From: an uncultured Clostridia bacterium
Lineage (GTDB): Bacteria; Bacillota; Clostridia; Christensenellales; UBA1242
Direction: 5' to 3'
NCBI GenBank assembly: GCA_944362705.1
Contig: CALVTO010000001.1
Span: forward strand, 147,623-211,622
Length of the DNA stretch: 64,000 nucleotides
The position numbers and the translations under genes were made by a program. Numbering within the stretch: the stretch's first letter is position 1; every line of letters starts with the position of its first letter. Under the pieces are notes generated by a model. It saw only the letters and a program-made list of their open reading frames with translations. It made no database searches and was not told the DNA's origin. This document shows positions 58,375 to 64,000 of this stretch, in pieces.

Positions 58375-59394
58375 ATGCAAGACGTGTTGTGGTATGTGTT
58401 AACAGGGGTGGTTGCTTTTTTAGTAACAACCGCGTTTGCGCCCATTGTGATTGGCGTGCTTAAAAAAGAAAAAATGCGTCAAAATATTTTGTCGTATGTA
58501 AATAATCATGCGGGCAAGGCAGGCACGCCTACCATGGGTGGTATAATCTTTTTATTTTCTATTTGCTTTGTTACCTTGGTTTGCACGCGTGAAGAAGCAA
58601 GTTTGGCGCGTGTAGCGTTGTTGGTGTTTGTGGCAAATGCTTTGGTTGGGTTTTTAGACGATTATGTAAAATTTAAGCATCACCAAAACTTAGGGCTAAG
58701 GCCTTACCAAAAATTGTTAGCACAAGTGCTTATTGCCATGGGTGTGGGTGTGTTTGTATACCTAAGCCCTTATATTGGCACGGATATTATTTTGCCATTT
58801 TCTAAACAAACGGTGTCGCTTGGGTGGGGTGTTATTCCGTTTACTGTATTTTTGTTTTTAGCTTGTACCAACAGCGTGAATTTAACCGATGGGCTTGATG
58901 GCTTGGCTTCTAGCACCACCATGTGCTATATGCTTGGGTTTATGGCACTGTTGTGGTGTATGTTAGCACAAGGCGCGTTATATTTAGATTACGTTTACAT
59001 TGCTGAATATAAAAACATGCTTGTGCTAGCTTCTTGTGTGGTAGGGGCTATGCTTTCATTTTTAACATTCAACAGTTTTCCTGCCAAAGTATTTATGGGC
59101 GATACGGGCTCGCTAGGGCTAGGCGCTTTGGTGGCCTGCGTGGCTGTATTTACTAAAACAACGTTGTTTATTCCGCTATTTGGCATTATGTTTGTATGCT
59201 CGGCTGTGTCGGTAATTATGCAAGTTGCATATTATAAAAAAACGAAGAAACGCGTATTTTTAATGGCTCCTTTGCACCATCACTTCGAGCGTAAAGGCTA
59301 TCATGAAGTTAAAATTGTGGTCGCGTATGCTATCATTACGCTTATGGTAAGTTTATGCACGGTGCTATTACATGTATGGGCGCTTTCTTCGTAA
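58375..59394 (+). CDS. mraY: Phospho-N-acetylmuramoyl-pentapeptide transferase
   Basis: GTPTMGGI, NSVNLTDGLDGLA, GDTGSLGLG, APLHHHFE. AGGGGAA SD before ATG 58375. Confidence 0.93.
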   Translation: MQDVLWYVLTGVVAFLVTTAFAPIVIGVLKKEKMRQNILSYVNNHAGKAGTPTMGGIIFLFSICFVTLVCTREEASLARVALLVFVANALVGFLDDYVKFKHHQNLGLRPYQKLLAQVLIAMGVGVFVYLSPYIGTDIILPFSKQTVSLGWGVIPFTVFLFLACTNSVNLTDGLDGLASSTTMCYMLGFMALLWCMLAQGALYLDYVYIAEYKNMLVLASCVVGAMLSFLTFNSFPAKVFMGDTGSLGLGALVACVAVFTKTTLFIPLFGIMFVCSAVSVIMQVAYYKKTKKRVFLMAPLHHHFERKGYHEVKIVVAYAIITLMVSLCTVLLHVWALSS

Positions 59395-59412
59395 AAGAAA
59401 GGGGGAATAAGC

Positions 59413-60744
59413 GTGCAGGCTTTGGTGGTTGGCAAAGGTACTTCAGCAAAAAGTGCTTGTAAACTATGCAAACAAAATAATATAAGTGTGCGCCATGTAG
59501 CAAGTGATTCGGCTTTTGTGGCGCTTACAAAAGAAAAACAAGATAGGCTACTTTGTGGTCTATCTTTTGTTGTGTTTAGTTCAGGTATTCCAAAACGTGG
59601 GGAAATGTATAAAATGATAAGACAAAAAAGGTTACGCGTAGTGGATGAAATAGAGTTGGCATTTGGTTATGAAAACGCGCCCGTTGTGGCTGTTTCGGGA
59701 ACGAATGGTAAAACTACCACAACCACACTTATTTATAAGTGTTTATGTACCAAATTCCAAACACTACTAGGGGGAAATATTGGCGTGCCGTATGCCGAGC
59801 ATGTGCAACAACCCCATGAAATTTCGGTGCTAGAAGTTTCAAGCTATCAGTTAGAAAAATGTACGAAATTTCGGCCTCATATTGGTGTTATGTGTAACAT
59901 TACACCTGACCATATAGCGCACCATGGCAGTATGGAAGCGTATGTAGAAGCCAAAGCAAAGTTGTTTGCGCGCCAAACAAAAAAAGACTTTGCTGTTTTA
60001 AATGCCGACGATGCAGAAGTGATGCGTTTACAAACCAAAGCCAAGCGGTATTATTTTTCGTTAAAAAAAGAAGTGGTTGGTTGTTTTTTGCAAGATGGGT
60101 GCATATATTTTAAAGACAAACATACGACAGAGCCGCAAAAACTTATTGCAACAAGTGAAATTGGTTTGTTAGGTGCGCACAACATACAAAACGTTATGGC
60201 GTGTATGGTGGCTTCTTACTTGGCGGGCGTTCCGTGGCAAAATATTTTAAGTATTGTTCGTTCGTTTCGTGGGGTGGCGCACCGCTTACAACATGTGCTT
60301 TGTGTGCAAGGCGTAACGTTTTATAACGATAGCAAAGCAACCAATGTGGCTTCAAGCATTGTGGCCATGCAAGCAATTTGTGCGCCTAAAGTTGTGATAC
60401 TTGGCGGAAGTGACAAAGGCTTTTCGTTTGACGACTTATTTATGTTTGCGCCCGCCTCTGTAAAAGCATTTGTGCTTACGGGCGAAGTGGCAGGGCGGTT
60501 AGAGCGTTCGGCCAGTGCGTTTAGTAAGGCACCTTTTGTGCGGGTGCTTACGTTAAAACAAGCCGTTATGCAGGCATGGCTTTTAGCTGAAAAAGGTGAT
60601 TGTGTTTTATTTTCACCAGCTTGCGCCAGCTTTGATGCGTTTAAAAACTATGCACAGCGTGGTCGTATGTTTTGTACGTATGTACGGGAGTTAAAGCGTG
60701 ATGCGAGCAAAACAATTAAAGAGGCAGGCAATTACACAAAATAA
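59413..60744 (+). CDS. murD: UDP-N-acetylmuramoylalanine--D-glutamate ligase
   Basis: VSGTNGKTTTTTL and NDSKATN. GTG start with GGGGGA SD. Confidence 0.9.
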   Translation: MQALVVGKGTSAKSACKLCKQNNISVRHVASDSAFVALTKEKQDRLLCGLSFVVFSSGIPKRGEMYKMIRQKRLRVVDEIELAFGYENAPVVAVSGTNGKTTTTTLIYKCLCTKFQTLLGGNIGVPYAEHVQQPHEISVLEVSSYQLEKCTKFRPHIGVMCNITPDHIAHHGSMEAYVEAKAKLFARQTKKDFAVLNADDAEVMRLQTKAKRYYFSLKKEVVGCFLQDGCIYFKDKHTTEPQKLIATSEIGLLGAHNIQNVMACMVASYLAGVPWQNILSIVRSFRGVAHRLQHVLCVQGVTFYNDSKATNVASSIVAMQAICAPKVVILGGSDKGFSFDDLFMFAPASVKAFVLTGEVAGRLERSASAFSKAPFVRVLTLKQAVMQAWLLAEKGDCVLFSPACASFDAFKNYAQRGRMFCTYVRELKRDASKTIKEAGNYTK

Positions 60745-61945
60745 GCAGAAAAACCGTGGCAACCAAGTACGCAATACCTATGTAAAGCAAACGGATTGGT
60801 ATTTGGTGGCGCTTGTTTTGGTGCTTGTTATTTTTGGGTGTGTTATGGTATATAGTGCCAGCATGTACAGCGCAGAACACAACTATGGCGATGCTTACTT
60901 TTTTTTAAAAAAACAGGTTATAGGTGCTGTGCTAGGGCTTATGTGCATGTGCGCGCTTCGGTTTGTGCCTTATACATTTTTATATAAAGTGCGCTACATT
61001 GCGCTTATAGTAAGTGTGCTTGTGTTGGTTGTGGTGCTTATTCCTGGTGTCGGTAAAGAAAGTTATGGCGCTAGAAGATGGATAAACCTTGGCTTTTTTA
61101 CCATTCAGGCAAGTGAAATTGCTAAGTTTGGATTTATTATTTTTACAGCAGGGTATTTAGCACAAATGCGTAAGCGTGTAAAAACCTTTGTGGGTATTTT
61201 ACCAGTATTATGTGTGGCAATCGTGTTATGTGGGCTTATTATGTTAGAGCCGAACATGAGTATTACCATGTGCATGGTTATGCTTACATTTGTTATGCTA
61301 TTTGTAGGCGGTATTCGTGCAAAGCACGTGGCACTTTTAAGTGTGCCTACGCTGTTAGGTGCGGTTGGTTTAATTTTAGCCAAACCTTATCGTATGGCTA
61401 GGCTTATGGCGTTTTTAAACCCTTGGGCTTCGGTGCAAGGCGAGGGGTTTCAGTTGGTGCAATCGTTATACGCTTTAGGTAGTGGCGGTTGGTTTGGTGT
61501 GGGGTTATTTAACTCACGTCAAAAGTACTTATTTTTACCGTTTAGCGAAAGTGATTTTATTTTCTCTATTATTGGCGAAGAATTAGGCTGGGTGGGCTGT
61601 TTATGCGTTTTAGCTGTATTTATGCTTTTAATTTTGCGTGGCATTAAAATTGCGCTAAAAAGCAAAGATAGGTTTGGCACGTATTTAGCCACAGGCATTA
61701 CCGCCATTATTGCCATTCAAGTGGTGGTAAATGTAGCCGTAGTAACGGGTAGTATTCCGCCTACAGGCTTACCGCTACCGTTTATTTCTTCGGGCAGTTC
61801 GGCGCTTATTGTATTTATGTCGGCTATGGGTGTATTGTTAAATATTTCGGCAAATAGCCAAACGCCGTTATTTACTGTGGTAGAAACGAAAACATTGCGT
61901 AAAAGAATACAACGAAAAAAACTTGTTGAACCTTTGCAAATATAG
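60698..61945 (+). CDS. SEDS-family peptidoglycan polymerase FtsW/SpoVE
   Basis: DWYLVALVLVLVIFGCVMVYSAS, SEIAKF, and PLPFISSGSSAL, a variant of the P(F/L)xSYGGSS motif. Overlaps the murD 3' end. Confidence 0.9.
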   Translation: MMRAKQLKRQAITQNKQKNRGNQVRNTYVKQTDWYLVALVLVLVIFGCVMVYSASMYSAEHNYGDAYFFLKKQVIGAVLGLMCMCALRFVPYTFLYKVRYIALIVSVLVLVVVLIPGVGKESYGARRWINLGFFTIQASEIAKFGFIIFTAGYLAQMRKRVKTFVGILPVLCVAIVLCGLIMLEPNMSITMCMVMLTFVMLFVGGIRAKHVALLSVPTLLGAVGLILAKPYRMARLMAFLNPWASVQGEGFQLVQSLYALGSGGWFGVGLFNSRQKYLFLPFSESDFIFSIIGEELGWVGCLCVLAVFMLLILRGIKIALKSKDRFGTYLATGITAIIAIQVVVNVAVVTGSIPPTGLPLPFISSGSSALIVFMSAMGVLLNISANSQTPLFTVVETKTLRKRIQRKKLVEPLQI

Positions 61946-61996
61946 AACTATTTTTTTTAACGTAGCATACACTACATTGTAACGCAAAGGAGTAAT

Positions 61997-63256
61997 GTGT
62001 GTATGCAACAAATAACCATTTTTGGCGGAAATCGCTTGCAAGGTAGTTTGGAAATTGAAACGGCTAAAAACGCGATTCTTCCCATGATTGCAGGGTGTTT
62101 ACTTACAAGTGCGCCCGTGGTGCTTTGTAAAGTTCCTTGTATAACCGATGTACAAAATATGTTTGAAATACTTAGGCGCATGGGGTGTGTGGTACAACCG
62201 GACGGCGACAAAGTGTGTATAGATACGTCTAACATTTGTCAGCATGAAATTCCTAGAGAATTGGCGCAAGCCATTCGCTCATCTATTTTTATGCTAGGTC
62301 CGCTTTTGGCTCGGCAAAAAAAAGCTACGGTGGTTTTTCCGGGTGGGTGTGATATTGGGGCAAGACCCATTGACTTACACCTTTCGGGCTTGCGTGATTT
62401 GCAGGTGGAAATTTGTGAGCAACACGGGTATATTTATTGCAATGGCGAACGCATGAAAGCGGGCGTGGTGCATTTAGATTACCCAAGTGTAGGCGCTACG
62501 GAAAACATTATGATGGCTGCCGTATTATTAAAGGGTAGAACCACCATTATTCACTGTGCTAAAGAGCCAGAAATTGTCGATTTGGCAAAGTTTATTAACA
62601 GCATGGGTGGCAAAATAAAAGGGGCAGGAACCGACACCATTACCATAGATGGTGTTTCTAAACTTCATGGAACAACCTATACACCTATGCCGGACCGTAT
62701 TGTTTGTGGAACGTACGCCATAGCTTCCGCCGTAACGCAAGGCGATGTTACGCTTACCAATGCGCGCCCGCAAGATATTTCTGCACTTCTTACGAAATTG
62801 CGTTATTCTGGTTGCCAAGTAAAGTGCAAACGTGATACTATAAGTGTACAAGCACCTAAACGCTTGCGCAGTGTTTTAAATGTAGAAACACAGCCATACC
62901 CTGGGTTTCCAACCGATTTACAGGCACCGTTTTTGGCTATGCAAACCATATCAAACGGTATTAGCGTAATTACCGAAAATGTGTTTGAAACGCGGTTTAA
63001 GCATGTTTCAGAATTGGTGCGGATGGGTGCAAAAATTACGGTAAAAAACCGTACGGCTATTGTGCAAGGGGTTCCTAGTTTATATGGAGCAGAAGTTATG
63101 GCGCAAGATTTGCGTGGCGGGGCGGCGTTAGTGCTAGCAGGTTTAACGGCGCATGGAACAACCACCATAAAAAACGCTCAGTATATAGACAGGGGCTACG
63201 AGCGTATGGAGCAAAAGCTTGCCTTACTAGGTGCCAATATTTCAAGGCAAAGTTAA
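61997..63256 (+). CDS. murA: UDP-N-acetylglucosamine 1-carboxyvinyltransferase
   Basis: ETAKNAILPMIAG, the catalytic-Cys loop PGGCDIGARPIDLH, FPTDLQAPF and ENVFETRFKHVSELVRMGA. Confidence 0.93.
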   Translation: MCMQQITIFGGNRLQGSLEIETAKNAILPMIAGCLLTSAPVVLCKVPCITDVQNMFEILRRMGCVVQPDGDKVCIDTSNICQHEIPRELAQAIRSSIFMLGPLLARQKKATVVFPGGCDIGARPIDLHLSGLRDLQVEICEQHGYIYCNGERMKAGVVHLDYPSVGATENIMMAAVLLKGRTTIIHCAKEPEIVDLAKFINSMGGKIKGAGTDTITIDGVSKLHGTTYTPMPDRIVCGTYAIASAVTQGDVTLTNARPQDISALLTKLRYSGCQVKCKRDTISVQAPKRLRSVLNVETQPYPGFPTDLQAPFLAMQTISNGISVITENVFETRFKHVSELVRMGAKITVKNRTAIVQGVPSLYGAEVMAQDLRGGAALVLAGLTAHGTTTIKNAQYIDRGYERMEQKLALLGANISRQS

Positions 63257-63357
63257 AGCAAAAAACCTTAAAGAAAAGTACACGTGAATTAGGCTATGTG
63301 TTTCTATGCACAAGTTGTTTATAATGCCTAAGCGCGTTGTGGTTACAAGAGGGAACT

Positions 63358-64000
63358 ATGAGCAAAGGAAGAATTATATTTTTAAGTGTATTTTTTATTG
63401 TTGTTGTAGCACTTATTGTTGTGTTTTCTACCGTGTTTAACTTAAAAAGTGTGCGGGTAGAATACATTTCCAATGCGCCTATACTTCAAGAAAACTACAC
63501 CGAACAAGATATTATAAACGCGGGTGAATTTCCGTACGGAAAAAACGTATTGTTTTTAGATGTTGATGAAATTTCTACGCGTATAGAACAAACAATTCCT
63601 TATGCCAAGGTGCAAAAAATTATGCGTCAGTTTCCTAACAAAATGGTGGTGTATGTGGTAGAGCGTACCCCAGCGTTTAAGGTAAATGTGCCAGGTAGCG
63701 TGAATGAATGGGTAATTTTAGACGATTCTTTCAAGGTACTACGCGTGGCATTAGACTCCGAACTTTTAGAAACCGAACGCAATGTGCCTACGCTTTCGTT
63801 TGGCGAAGGTCTAACCGACGAGCAAAAACTTGTTGTGCCAGCAGATATTGTAGCGGGGCAAACCATAGCACAAAGTTTTGTACACTCCTTTATACAAACC
63901 ATAACAAAAAGTGTGTATGCAACCACATTTACGTATAACTTCATTACCAACATTGAAATAAAACGTGAAAACACCGACCATATAGCAGAACTTGTGTTTA
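63358..64000 (+). CDS. FtsQ/DivIB-type cell-division protein, 3'-truncated by the window edge
   Basis: Not in the ORF track because there is no stop before the window ends. ATG 63358 follows AGAGGGA. Contains a TM helix (IIFLSVFFIVVVALIVVF) and a POTRA-like LKSVRVEYISNAP...IEQTIPYAKVQKIMRQFPNKMVVYVVER. Confidence 0.65.
   Translation, partial: MSKGRIIFLSVFFIVVVALIVVFSTVFNLKSVRVEYISNAPILQENYTEQDIINAGEFPYGKNVLFLDVDEISTRIEQTIPYAKVQKIMRQFPNKMVVYVVERTPAFKVNVPGSVNEWVILDDSFKVLRVALDSELLETERNVPTLSFGEGLTDEQKLVVPADIVAGQTIAQSFVHSFIQTITKSVYATTFTYNFITNIEIKRENTDHIAELVF

Noticed and set aside
56839-59394. Absence of murF between murE and mraY
   Set aside because: murF is also outside the dcw cluster in Bacillus-type Firmicutes, so this is not anomalous.

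Overview
This is a 64-kb chromosomal segment from a low-GC, endospore-forming Firmicute (Clostridia-like) that uses the standard genetic code and has a divergent 16S. I saw no transposases, integrases, CRISPR arrays or tRNA genes. Layout: (1) 1-9 kb holds housekeeping and translation genes: a 5'-truncated membrane protein, gap, a NUDIX hydrolase, a Zn-ribbon/TM2 protein, mnmA, trpS paralogue 1 and proS. (2) 9.2-17.5 kb is an rRNA locus that is physically and apparently transcriptionally fragmented. The 16S gene has its own promoters, processing stem and terminator. Three opposite-strand protein genes follow, then 23S with its own tandem promoters and a stem enclosing only 23S, then 5S behind its own consensus promoter. 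(3) 17.5-19.2 kb holds a tyrS 3' remnant and a second trpS preceded by a 10-codon leader peptide with tandem Trp codons plus alternative hairpins, instead of a T-box. (4) 19-37 kb mixes housekeeping and sporulation genes: esterase, lspA, rluD, tig-clpP-clpX, an LRR fragment, spoIVA, engB, a phosphoesterase, sigG, ylmC/ymxH-type, nrdR, feoAB and an RluA-type synthase. (5) 37-52.4 kb holds spoIIP fused to a polytopic membrane domain, and spoIIGA-sigE sandwiched between two paralogous giant BspA-type LRR proteins (1260 and about 2417 aa). (6) 52.5-64 kb is the dcw cluster: mraZ-rsmH-ftsL-like-PBP-murE-mraY-murD-ftsW/spoVE-murA-ftsQ. The best leads are the Trp-leader attenuator on trpS2, the three-way split rRNA locus, an in-frame TAG followed by an 87-codon start-less open frame, the tyrS remnant, and the LRR paralogues bracketing spoIIGA-sigE. 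All calls come from reading the sequence and ORF translations. Motif coordinates were hand-counted and may be off by 1-2 nt. No database search was possible.
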